From contig NC_068987.1 in NCBI RefSeq assembly GCF_001194135.2, positions 18,388,804 to 18,452,803 of the forward strand: a stretch of DNA of 64,000 nt, read 5' to 3'. This stretch comes from Octopus bimaculoides. Taxonomy: Eukaryota. Positions 12,716 through 24,988 of this stretch are shown here, piece by piece. Each line of letters opens with the position of its first letter. Positions within the stretch are counted from its first letter, which is position 1. A program made the position numbers and the translations under genes. The notes beneath the pieces were generated by a model, which did no database searches, was not told the origin of the DNA, and was given only the letters and a program-made list of their open reading frames with translations.

Positions 12716-13034
12716 TAATATATCGTTACTTGGTTTGGCTTCATTATATATACACACACACGCATTCATACATACGTATATTTATATATAAACACATATG
12801 TATATATACACATATATATAAACACATATGTGTATATGTATATATGTATGTGTTTTTTGAATTTATGAATGGGTAATGTTCTCAGTACATAATCTGAAGT
12901 TTATACCTATGTCAATCTACTCAGAATTTTGAGTAATGAGGAAAAGGAAACTTTAGCTTAAAGCATAAATATAATATGTGTATGTGATGATGATGATTGA
13001 AATATATACACATATATATATATATATATATATA

Positions 13035-13790
13035 NNNNNNNNNNNNNNNNNNNNNNNNNNNNNNNNNNNNNNNNNNNNNNNNNNNNNNNNNNNNNNNNNN
13101 NNNNNNNNNNNNNNNNNNNNNNNNNNNNNNNNNNNNNNNNNNNNNNNNNNNNNNNNNNNNNNNNNNNNNNNNNNNNNNNNNNNNNNNNNNNNNNNNNNNN
13201 NNNNNNNNNNNNNNNNNNNNNNNNNNNNNNNNNNNNNNNNNNNNNNNNNNNNNNNNNNNNNNNNNNNNNNNNNNNNNNNNNNNNNNNNNNNNNNNNNNNN
13301 NNNNNNNNNNNNNNNNNNNNNNNNNNNNNNNNNNNNNNNNNNNNNNNNNNNNNNNNNNNNNNNNNNNNNNNNNNNNNNNNNNNNNNNNNNNNNNNNNNNN
13401 NNNNNNNNNNNNNNNNNNNNNNNNNNNNNNNNNNNNNNNNNNNNNNNNNNNNNNNNNNNNNNNNNNNNNNNNNNNNNNNNNNNNNNNNNNNNNNNNNNNN
13501 NNNNNNNNNNNNNNNNNNNNNNNNNNNNNNNNNNNNNNNNNNNNNNNNNNNNNNNNNNNNNNNNNNNNNNNNNNNNNNNNNNNNNNNNNNNNNNNNNNNN
13601 NNNNNNNNNNNNNNNNNNNNNNNNNNNNNNNNNNNNNNNNNNNNNNNNNNNNNNNNNNNNNNNNNNNNNNNNNNNNNNNNNNNNNNNNNNNNNNNNNNNN
13701 NNNNNNNNNNNNNNNNNNNNNNNNNNNNNNNNNNNNNNNNNNNNNNNNNNNNNNNNNNNNNNNNNNNNNNNNNNNNNNNNNNNNNNNNNT
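13035..13790. other. Assembly gap (N run); others at 3591-3654, 22045-22453, 24356-24430, 24952-24988
   Basis: Runs of N, mostly flanked by (TA)n or poly-T. Confidence 0.99.
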
Positions 13791-14362
13791 ATTTTTTATT
13801 TCCCCCTAAAGACCATTTCCTGTGACTTGAATCAACCAATTTTCGTTTTTGACTTCTCGGCAGTATTACTATGAAAATGTATATAACACAATTACCCACC
13901 CACCCATCCACCCCGAACCCTTATTTCTAAATAATGTCTGTTGACAAATGTGGTGACAATAATAATGATGATGACGATGATGATAGTGGTGATGATAAAC
14001 AATTATATAATTGAAAAATTATATAATAAAATTGATAATAATTATACAATAAAAATAATTTGCTCAAATAATTTTATAGGCTTAGAGAAAGCTAGAAGAA
14101 ATCACTTCAGTGTGTGTGTGTGTGTAGATATATGTATGTATGTATATGTTGATATGTATGTATGTATATGTAGATATGCATGTATATATACATAGATATG
14201 TATGTATTTGTGGATATATTTATATGTAGATATATATATATGCATGTATATATTTGTAGGCATGTGTGTTTATAAATATATGTATTGTATATATACATGT
14301 GTGTGTGTGTGTATATCTATATATACACACATATATTTATGTGTGTGTGTATATATATATAT

Positions 14363-14424
<62 letters not shown>

Positions 14425-15544
14425 TAAATGTTGATGATGATAAACCAGGTGTATTATGCATTATCTACTGCTGGGTGGCCAACAATCAGTTTAGTTTCAT
14501 TTGATGCAGTGATGATGATGATGATGAAGTTTTTCTTTTCTTTTTTTTTCTTACTATTTAGTCAAAGAGGTTATCGCCTATAATCGGTTGAATCAACCTT
14601 AGTATGTAACCAGTACTTATTCATCGACCAGCCTCTTCCTCTCCCTCAACCTGATCATTATTGTCCAATGAAGCAGGGCCTTCATGTTACAGCAGTGTTA
14701 GTTCCATGAGATATTAATGCAGCATTGCTGCTAGTTCCACGGTATTGATCATTCCTTTATTGTGATCATAATTCATTAAAGTGTTATTTGGGATTTTTGT
14801 CGTCTTTCCCTGCCACCAATCCCCTCCATCCTTCCCGTCCATCCTCCCATTTCTGAGTAATCCCCAGGTTTAGAATACACAAATGTTACTGTCCATTCAT
14901 ACCAACAGCATTAACAACAGCAACACCACCGTAATAAAATAACATGGCTGATTTGTTTAAAACTATCAATGTGTTAATAAAGGGTAATTAGTTATTTGTT
15001 GTCTGAAAAAGAAGCATTTTGACCTCATGGAAACATTACTTGCTCATTATTTCATTTCGAATTGATGTATATGTATGTTCTCTCTTGAAAGTTTATAAAT
15101 TCTTATGATGTCAACAACATACAATTATCTCTGGTATGAATAAAGTTTCTGAACTGGATAGAAAAATTATTCAAAGAAATGGTTTGGTCCAATGGTAGGA
15201 CATCTGTCATCTTTGCAGGAGATGTGGTTTCAATCCAAAGAGTTTTTTTTCTTTTTAAACCCAGTATTTACACAATATTATTTAAAGCTTTATTTGCTTT
15301 GAGATTAACCATTCCAAAAAAGAATTGTGCATGTGTGTGTGTGTATGTGTGTTTGGATTTATGAATGAGAGAGAAGGAAAATAGTTCTTAATACACACTT
15401 ATTCATTTGTTTGAAACAGAAATCAGAAACTCCTCCAGTGTTTCTTTGACATTTTTACACTGAATGTATATGTATGTTTAGCTATGTATGAATGTGTGTG
15501 TGTCTGTGTATAAATATACATATATTTATATTACACACACACAT

Positions 15545-15851
15545 ACCATAAGAAGTCAGGAGGTAAGAGAGGTAAATATATTTATTTAAGCACTCATTAT
15601 CCTTAGAATTATGGCCTTTTGCAGCCTTCATCATGTAATAATAATTTCAGTGTATAATAAATTATTTTACATGCCTGTACTAATATACATGCTACACATT
15701 GTACAATACAATTGGTGCATACATGTAAAATAATTTGTTATACCCTGAAATTATTATTACATGATGAAGGCTGTGAAACAGCTGTAATCTTAAGGATAAC
15801 AAGTGGTTAAAGAAATATATTCACCTCTCATAGCTCCTGACATTTTATGGT
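15545..15851. repeat. 307-bp imperfect palindrome (~130-bp arms, 48-nt loop), probable MITE relic
   Basis: ACCATAAGAAGTCAGGAG...ATTATTTTACATG mirrored by CATGTAAAATAAT...CTCCTGACATTTTATGGT. Confidence 0.85.
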
Positions 15852-16278
15852 TTATATACTCCTCATGAAATAATTTCATTGATTGGATCTCCTGGATTTC
15901 AGCTGCATAGAATTATGCGTTATACTCCTCCATTTTGGGTTACTATATGGCATGATAGCCAGGTCCACTGGAGGAGCTCTCTGTGATAGCCACACGATTC
16001 TATTAATCTATATATACTACAAATTTATGTGTGTGTGTTTACTTTGAAAAATTTTTTGTTTTATGTTTGTTTTGCTATGCAGGCATGGGGTAGATGAATA
16101 TGTCAGGTAACCAAATGGATGTGTTATAAACTACAGGTGCTAAATAATAAATATATATGTATACGTATATGATACAAGACTATACTCTGCTGGAGAGTCA
16201 AGCGTTTTGGTATTTTACTTAACAAAGAAAAAAGAGAAACACCATCTAACTGTGTTATTTATGACACACACACACTCA

Positions 16279-16313
<35 letters not shown>

Positions 16314-18145
16314 TTATGCTCAGATTACCTTTCTTCCCTCTCTGAAGAAGAAGCATTCAGACATGATGGAAACATTACTAGATTATTATTTCATTATATA
16401 TTTTACTCTGAAATATTTGTGCTAGAGAAGCGATATTCCTGTACAGAAGATTTCAATTTTCCTGTTAGGTTCAGATGCAGTATTGAGTTGCTAGTTCTCT
16501 ATAGACATTTGTTGCCAATTAGTTCTTTCGGGATTCTGAAATTTTCAATTATTCTGAACAAAAGTCTCCTACAGTCTACAAATGGTTGGAACTGAAATAC
16601 CAAGGATCAAATTTTTAGGAAAATAGGATTTATTAAGAATATATAGTCTAATTATCCATAGTTATTTAAATCAATATTCTTTTAGCCCTTTAACATTTAA
16701 ACTCGTCAGATCTGGCCCAAGTATTCTACCTATTTTATGCTCAACCTGGTCAGATCTGGCTTCACACCTATCCTACAGTGTCATTCAAAAAATCAGGAAT
16801 CACATCATCAAAATTTTGAAGCTACAAGATATGAATAAATAAGAATTACATTTCAGAGAATAATCTGCATGCTCAAGAGTTAAAGTTTCCTTCTTCATTT
16901 AGTACTGATTCCTCAACTCTTTCTTTGCCGTTTCTTTTAATAATGAGTTGATATTGGCTCCATCGTTCCAATTAAGAGAACAAGGGGCTTCAGTTTGTTT
17001 GATTTAATCATTTTGATATCAGTCCACCTGAAATTGCCTTTGGTTCTATGAGTCAAACTTTCCTGTTTTAAAGTAATCTAAATATAAGCCTTCCATCAAA
17101 GTTTCATGTTAATTTATGTTCCAAACAACAGCTGAATAATAAATATCACAGTTATTTCACTAAATTCTTCATTATTCTTAACATTAATTACAAGAGCTCT
17201 TGTCAAACCATCCAATCCATGCCAGCATGGAAAACAGACGTTGAATGATGATTACATATATTTATTTGGTTATATAGGATTCATAAAGAATCAAGGCATA
17301 TCAATTTATAGTATGCCACCAATTGGCTAGATAGAATCACACAGAGCAGACACTGGAGTGATCCATTATCAGTTATAAAGCAACAATGAAGATCAGTCAC
17401 TGTTGTTGTGTAATTCGCAAATCCATTTGTTTACCAGTAAATCAGCACATTTGATAAAAGTTATTGTTATTAGTTAATAATAGTCTGATCCAGAACTGAA
17501 TTAAACTGTTATTAAATTTTATTTATATATATATATATAGTAATATAAGGATTCAGATAGAATCAGGTACTTGGAAAGATATGCACCAGGTAGGGTTGGA
17601 TCAACTTGTGGTTCCGGCCTATGGTTGGTAAGTATCAAATAGGATATTCCGGTTGTGTACACAGAGAAATCCAACCCTATGAGTATTTAGCACCTAGGGC
17701 TGGTCCAAATCATGCATCACATTGAATTGTATGTTGGTATACTCCAGGATATCTGACAAGTTTCACAGTTAGCCCCGACAGAATTCAGCCATGTTCCTGC
17801 TGTATTCTTGGGATATTCTTTTGTTTGTAAAATTATGTTTCATCTGACGATTACAGATTTTTGTAATAAAGTAATGTTCTTATTCTTCTTTTAAAAAATA
17901 CGTAAGAAACAGCTGTAATGAGCTAACATTTATCCACTGTCTTATTATTCATTTGATTATATATATATATATATATATATACATTCAAATATGAATTAGA
18001 AGCAGTGCTGGTGTTGTAAAAATTATCAAACATGCATACTCAGTGTATGTTCTTTGCTTGTTTGCCAGTAGGCTGCAATTTGATGCGGTGTAGATGACTC
18101 TCTCAAAGCACTGGTGTTACAATTCCTGAAAATCATATATATATA

Positions 18146-18525
18146 CAGGGTGTCCATAAAGTCTGGGTACATGGGGGATTAACACATACTTTAAGAAATT
18201 ATTATTTCTTATATTTAATTCTTTATGTTATGATTTTATTTACTCCATGCACCCACATGGGGATTAACACATACTTTAAGAAATTATTATTTCATATATT
18301 TAATTGTTTATGTTATGATTTTATTTACTCCATGTACCCACATGGGGATTAACATGTACTTTAAGAAACTATTTCTTATATTTAATTGTTTATGTTATGA
18401 TTTTATTTACTCCATGCATCCACATGGGGATTAACACATACTTTAAGAAATTATTATTTCTTATATTTAATTGTTTATCTTATAATTTTATTTACTCCAT
18501 GTACCCAGACTTTGTGGACACCCTG
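18146..18525. mobile_element. Tc1/mariner-type MITE with four ~85-bp internal tandem units
   Basis: TA|CAGGGTGTCCATAAAGTCTGGGTACATGG ... CCATGTACCCAGACTTTGTGGACACCCTG|TA. Confidence 0.85.
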
Positions 18526-18877
18526 TATATAAAGACTCAGATGAACATATAAGTATATTTCTATTAAAGTGAAACAACAAAATGTCAGCTTAAATTAATA
18601 TGAATGAATATTACACATTATATTAATCCATTAGCATTTAATCCAGCCGTGTCCAGTCCAAATATTCTAGCTGGCCAAATCTGGTCTCATACCTGTCCTA
18701 CGACGTCATTCTGAAAATATAGTCACATCTTTGAAATTATTAAGCTACAAGATAATACATGATTAATTCAAAACGATATGAATAAATAAGCATTTCATTT
18801 GATAGAGTAATCTGAATGCTAAAGGATTAAGCACTGTTTGACTTTTTTTATATCGAAATCGTAATTGAACCAAATTC

Positions 18878-19327
18878 GATGACTGGCACCTGTGCCAGTG
18901 GAGCGCTAACAGCACCGTCCGAGTGTGATCATTGCCAGAGCAGCTGTCTGGATTCCGTGCCAGTGGCACGTAAATAGCACCATTTGAGAGTGATCGTTAC
19001 CAGCGTTGCCTTACTGGCACATGAAAAAACATTTGAGCAAGGTCGTTGCCAATGCTGCTGGACTGGCTCCTGTGCAGGTGGCACGTAAAAAACACCATTT
19101 TGAGTGTGGCCGTTGCCAGTACCGCCTGACTGGCCCTTGTGCTGGTGGCACGTAAAAGCACCCACTACACTCTCGGAGTGGTTGGTGTTAGGAAGGGCAT
19201 CCAGCTGTAGAAACTCTGCCAGATCAGATTGGAGCCTGGTGCAGCCATCTGGTTCGCCAGTCCTCAGTCAAATCTTCCAACCCATGCTAGCATGGAAAGC
19301 AGACGTTAAACGATGATGATGATGATG
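18878..19327 (+). mobile_element. SINE/non-autonomous retroelement family C with (GAT)n tail; other copies ~20120-20273, 32349-32536, 47160-47340, 58684-58930
   Basis: Shared GGCACGTAAAAGCACCCACTACACTCTCGGAGTGG...GGAAAGCGGACGTTAAACGATGATGAT. The 5' part carries ~65-bp internal subrepeats; the GAT tail resembles RTE-dependent elements. Confidence 0.8.
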
Positions 19328-20040
19328 AAAAGGAATGTATTTGAATGTGTGGGTGTGAAGTACAACATTTAAAGTTCTTTCTGAAAAGAAGACAAGTAAT
19401 ATCAGACTGAAATAATCCTTAGGGCATTTTGGCAGGGTAATCCAGACTTGTGGTACTCATAAATATTGGGTTTGCTGCTGCTGTTGTTGTTGTTGTTGTT
19501 ATTGTTGTTCTCATTGTTGAATAGTTGTAGTCAGTTCATCTAAGGCAGTTGTTGTTGGTGGTAGTGGTGGTGGTGGTTATTGTTGTTATTTGCATCTATG
19601 ACTGAAAGTTTTCCAGCCATGACTCTCTCCTCTTTGTTCCATATGCAGTTTGTCTTGAACTAAATCATCCAGTGTTTTACATTGTTTCATTGTTTTGTTT
19701 TGTTTTTTTAATTTTTTGTTTTTTTTTTTCAAGACTGTAGTATGTGATTTCAGGAAAATATAGTTTGTTATTCCTAGCATGTCAGGTATCATCATAGAGC
19801 AAGCCTGGGTAATCCTTTTCAAGGAGTAGGCCACATGAAGCATGCCTCATCATCGGGTGGGCCATTCTGAAAGTCTCGTGGGCCACAGGTTATCCATGAC
19901 TGTCTTAGGGACCTTTTTCTGAAGCACATCAGTCTGACTGGCATAACACATTCCAGCATAACACATCATCTGTGTAGGAGCTGCTAAGTCACATTATCTT
20001 TGGAGACATACAACAATTTCTCTCTGTTTATCTGTGTCTA

Positions 20041-20094
<54 letters not shown>

Positions 20095-20690
20095 GGTGTG
20101 TGTGTATGTGTTGACAGTGACTTTGAAGTGGTTGGTATTAGGAAGGGCATCCAGCTGTAGAGACTCTGCCAAATCAGATTGGAACCTGGTGTCGCCTCCT
20201 GGTTCACCAGTCCTCAGTCAAATCATCCAACCCATGCTAGCATGGAAAGCGGACGTTAAACGATGATGATGATGTGTGTGTGTGTGTGTATAAAATAACA
20301 GAAGTGGCTAGATGTAATATAGAACCAAAAAGGAAAATTTCAATTCTCACTAATAGTGACTGAGGGTGCAAGATAGCACCTACATTGATAGAAACAAGAG
20401 TCAAAGACTCTCTTAGTACCACAAAATGCACATCGTCTATGTACTGACAGGGGAGATAACCTCCTCAACAAGTGAGGTCACTATACCAGCTAGCCAGTTT
20501 CGCTTGAAATTAAAACTCCTCAGTAGTGATACACACCGTATATATAAATATATTGTTTGTTTTTATGTTCAGTTATAATAAAAACAATTTTACATTAATC
20601 TGATGGATTACTCTATACTTTTGTAGAGTACAAATTTATTATACTTATTCAAGAACGTTGCTGACAGTGGCTTCGAAGTTTCGGCCAGCT

Positions 20691-20733
20691 CAGTCTGATG
20701 AGAACTCAGCTGGCTAAAACTTCAAAGTCACTG
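20691..20733 (+). ncRNA. Second, degenerate copy of the same hammerhead motif (palindromic element ~20659-20738)
   Basis: CAGT-CTGATGA-G-AACTCAGCTGGCT-AAAAC-TTCAAA-GTC-ACTG. GAAAC has become AAAAC, but the inverted arm preserves GGCC-GAAAC-TTCGAAG. Confidence 0.5.
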
Positions 20734-22716
20734 TCAACAACATTTTTGCGTAAGAATAACATATATAGGTGTAGGAGTGGCTGTGTGGTAAGTAGCTTGC
20801 TTACCAACCACATGGTTCCGGGTTCAGTCCCACTGCGTGGCACCTTGGGCAAGTGTCTTCTACTATAGCCTCGGGCCGACCAAAGCCTTGTGAGTGGATT
20901 TGGTAGACGGAAACTGAAAGAAGCTCGTCGTATATATATATATATATGTTTGTGTGTCTGTGTTTGTCCCCCAACATCACTTGACAACCAATGCTGGTGT
21001 GTTTACGTCCCTGTAACTTAGCAGTTCGGCAAAAGAAACTGATAGAATAAGTACTAGGCTTCCAAAGAATAAGTCCTGAGGTTGATTTACTCAACTAAAG
21101 GCAGTTCTCCAGCATGGCCACAGTCAAAATGACTGAAACAAGTAAAAGAGAAAAAGTATATATATATATAACGGTCTGTGTGAAGGGATTAATATAATTA
21201 GAATGTAGAAAGTATTAAAAAGGGTATCAGTGAAAATTTTGTGTAACTAGCAAGGATCCATCAGCAAATATAAAACAAATATTGACAGTAAATACATACA
21301 CTATATAGGATAATTTTGTTTGCTGCACGAACGAAGAGGAGTTTGACATTTCATGCAAAGCAGCTTCATCGGTAGAGTAAAACATTAATACCATTCTTAT
21401 TGATGAACATGATTGTTAATTTCTTGTTCTTAGTCTCTTTTTTTTTTTTATATATATTCTTATTTCTATAATTAATTACCTTTGTCCAAAACAACAGACT
21501 TCTTGGCTTCCTTACATAGAATTTATTCCACTTTTGTGAACTGTTTGTGCATAATGTATGGATGCCTTTGTGTGCATGTACATAGATATAATACCCTAAC
21601 CACTAAGTGCAGCTTAGTGGTTAGGGTGTTCAGCTCACAATCGTAAGGTCATGAGTTCAATTCCTGGCAGTGCGTTGTGTCTATCAGCAAGACATTTAAT
21701 TTCATATTGTACACGTAGTCCAAAGGGCCAGTCTTGTCACATTCTGTGTCATGCTGAATCTCCCTGAGAACTACGTTAAGGGTATACGTGTCTGTGGAGT
21801 GCTCAGCCACTTACATATTAATTCTACAAGCAGACTGTTCCATTGATTTGATCAACTGGAACCCTCATCATCATAATTGAAAGAATGCCAGCATATATAT
21901 ATATATATATATATATGCAGCCTTTTGGCTTGCCAGTCCTCAGTCAAATCGTCCAATCCATGCTAGCATGGAAAGCAAACATTAAAAGATGATGATGTGT
22001 GTGTGTGTGGTTTTTTTTTTTTATTAAAACTGCGACTTGAGTTGNNNNNNNNNNNNNNNNNNNNNNNNNNNNNNNNNNNNNNNNNNNNNNNNNNNNNNNN
22101 NNNNNNNNNNNNNNNNNNNNNNNNNNNNNNNNNNNNNNNNNNNNNNNNNNNNNNNNNNNNNNNNNNNNNNNNNNNNNNNNNNNNNNNNNNNNNNNNNNNN
22201 NNNNNNNNNNNNNNNNNNNNNNNNNNNNNNNNNNNNNNNNNNNNNNNNNNNNNNNNNNNNNNNNNNNNNNNNNNNNNNNNNNNNNNNNNNNNNNNNNNNN
22301 NNNNNNNNNNNNNNNNNNNNNNNNNNNNNNNNNNNNNNNNNNNNNNNNNNNNNNNNNNNNNNNNNNNNNNNNNNNNNNNNNNNNNNNNNNNNNNNNNNNN
22401 NNNNNNNNNNNNNNNNNNNNNNNNNNNNNNNNNNNNNNNNNNNNNNNNNNNNNCCCTAACTCTTTGAAACGCTTAGTTTTAGAATGGTGGCAGCTGATGA
22501 AGGAAATGTTCTCTATGTGGCCTGTGTGTTTTCTGTACTCCGTTTATCATTTTGTCCACGTTTTTTTTGCAACGTCCTGTACCCAGATATGCATCTATAT
22601 ATACATGTAGATGTAGGTATGTACATATATGTACGTATATATGCATATATTCATATATTATTTATATTATATATATATATATATATATTGGTTGAGCCAG
22701 CCTCTTGACACTATAG

Positions 22717-22937
22717 CAGTGTTTCTCAACCAGGTTTCCCCAAGGTTCTACAAGAAAGAGTAAGATATGCTAATTTCATGATCATAATATTACTGTACAT
22801 GCACAACATATTGGTTATTGTAATATTGTAATAATATAGGCATCATCCCATCTAACCTATTATGTTATCAAAAAAATATAACAACCATTGGGGGACATAT
22901 TTAGTGATGTCTGTAATTTATGGACACCATGTATATA

Positions 22938-22978
<41 letters not shown>

Positions 22979-23130
22979 AATATAGCTAGATAGATGATAT
23001 TTAGCACAAGAGCTATGATGAGAAAGATATGGTGTATAATTTTTTTTTTTTTTTTTTTTTTGTGCAGGGGACCCTTGAGACATAATTTATTTTAAGGGTT
23101 CTGCAAGGGTAAAAAGGTTGAGAAACACTG
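22717..23130. mobile_element. hAT (Charlie-like) MITE
   Basis: 15-bp TIR CAGTGTTTCTCAACC / GGTTGAGAAACACTG; 8-bp flanks CACTATAG vs CTCTGTAG (6/8). Confidence 0.7.
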
Positions 23131-23594
23131 CTCTGTAGTTTCATGTGTGCATGCAGAAGGCCATCAAGCATGAATGCACAGGTACAACTCAGTATAGTAA
23201 GAGACTGACTTTGCCCAAATTAAAACGTTAGTAATCTCTACAATGGCTCTGGGTACTCTATCTTTCGACAGTCAGTGCTCAACAGATATTTGTGTGTGTG
23301 TGTGTGTTGAAACAAATATGGTGAAGTCACTTGGAATAAAAAGACTCAAAATATTACGACAGACTCAATCTATTTTAGTAATGTAATGAATGTAACAACA
23401 AAGGTTCATCTGCTATACACTTGTGTGAATGTGTGTGAGAATGAGGGAGAAAGGGTAGAAGAAGCAAAAATAATAAAAACTAGACATGTTCAGAATAAAA
23501 AATTAGTTTGCTATTCTGAAAAATGGAAGTAGTTAATTATTATGTTCTAGATATTGTACTTTGGAATATTGGTGTTAACTGACAAAAGAAGAAA

Positions 23595-23633
<39 letters not shown>

Positions 23634-24430
23634 TTAGTAAATGGAGTAAAACGCATATGTTAACTCCATTTACTAAATTTTACTCCATTTACGAAATTTA
23701 TATATTTACTCAAGTACCCAAAATAACAAGGAGTTTCCACCTCATAAACAGGAGTTACACCACAGCCATTTTGTGATCTTTGCTACCCTGATATCTATTA
23801 ACCAATTTATTTTGTCCGAGTTAATTATTAACTAAGAGAAAATAAATACATATAATAAAATATATATATATAAAGTATTAGTGGCTCATTATCATGAGTT
23901 CAAATCAAAGTCCTGATGTCTAATAAGCAAATAATAATAATAATAATAATCGGTATTAAGATTTTAAAAAATAAAAATATTAAAAGCAGGTAAATTTGAA
24001 ATCTAGCCAGTGTTGTCATTCCTTCAAGAGAGAAAAATGAAATAAAAAGTTAACGAACATGAGTACACAGGTGACAGAGCAAAGAGGTGAAATGTGACTC
24101 AATAAACTGCTATATGATGCCTCTTTGGTAATGTCCACCTTGTACTTAGTCCCCTTTAATACCAACCTGCCCAAGACTATTCCTGGTTCTATGATACAAA
24201 CTCTTGTTTTAAAGTGATCTAAATTAAAGCAAATAAAACTTCCATCAAAATTTTATATGTTAAAGTTTTTGTTCTAAATATCAGCTTAATTGACAATGTT
24301 ATTTTACTAAATTCTTTTTTCTTTTTCTTTTTTTTTTTTTTTTTTTTTTTTTTTTNNNNNNNNNNNNNNNNNNNNNNNNNNNNNNNNNNNNNNNNNNNNN
24401 NNNNNNNNNNNNNNNNNNNNNNNNNNNNNN

Positions 24431-24466
<36 letters not shown>

Positions 24467-24551
24467 CCTCATACAAATCAAAGAATTCTTTGCCGATTGA
24501 TATCTTGAGATAGCTGCCAATCTCTAAATAATTTCATCATCATTGTTATTA

Positions 24552-24588
<37 letters not shown>

Positions 24589-24906
24589 TACTACTACTAC
24601 TACTATTACTTGCAGTATTGAGATTACCAGAGACTAAGTCTTTGGATCAGTTCTTGTCACATTCCAGGTAATAAACGTCTGTCAAATTGCATCCTGCCCT
24701 TCTAACTGCATTTTGGCCTCAAAGGTTACTGAATAGTTCTTTGTGTTATTTTTTTTTTTTTCTTTTTGACAATCTGCTGTAATATGAAGAAGTTAATGCA
24801 AGAGGAAGGTGCCAATTGTCTCAACAAACCATTGTATAAATACTGTATGTTTGTATGTGTGTGTGTATATATATATGTATACATTTATATATATATATAT
24901 GTACAC

Positions 24907-24951
<45 letters not shown>

Positions 24952-24988
24952 NNNNNNNNNNNNNNNNNNNNNNNNNNNNNNNNNNNNN

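Noticed and set aside
12958-13911. Long ORFs of 270-317 aa (also 21997-22467, 24219-24520, 24766-25121, 3295-3939)
   Set aside because: They span N gaps or microsatellites; the length is an artefact.
18170-18507. CRISPR-like regularly spaced repeats (also 29378-29790 and three ~72-bp units at 48560-48725)
   Set aside because: Whole units repeat with no unique spacers, no cas genes, eukaryotic context.
22466-22510. GAAACGC...CTGATGAAGG, possible further hammerhead or Penelope end
   Set aside because: No convincing stems I/II could be built, and the upstream part is lost in the N gap.
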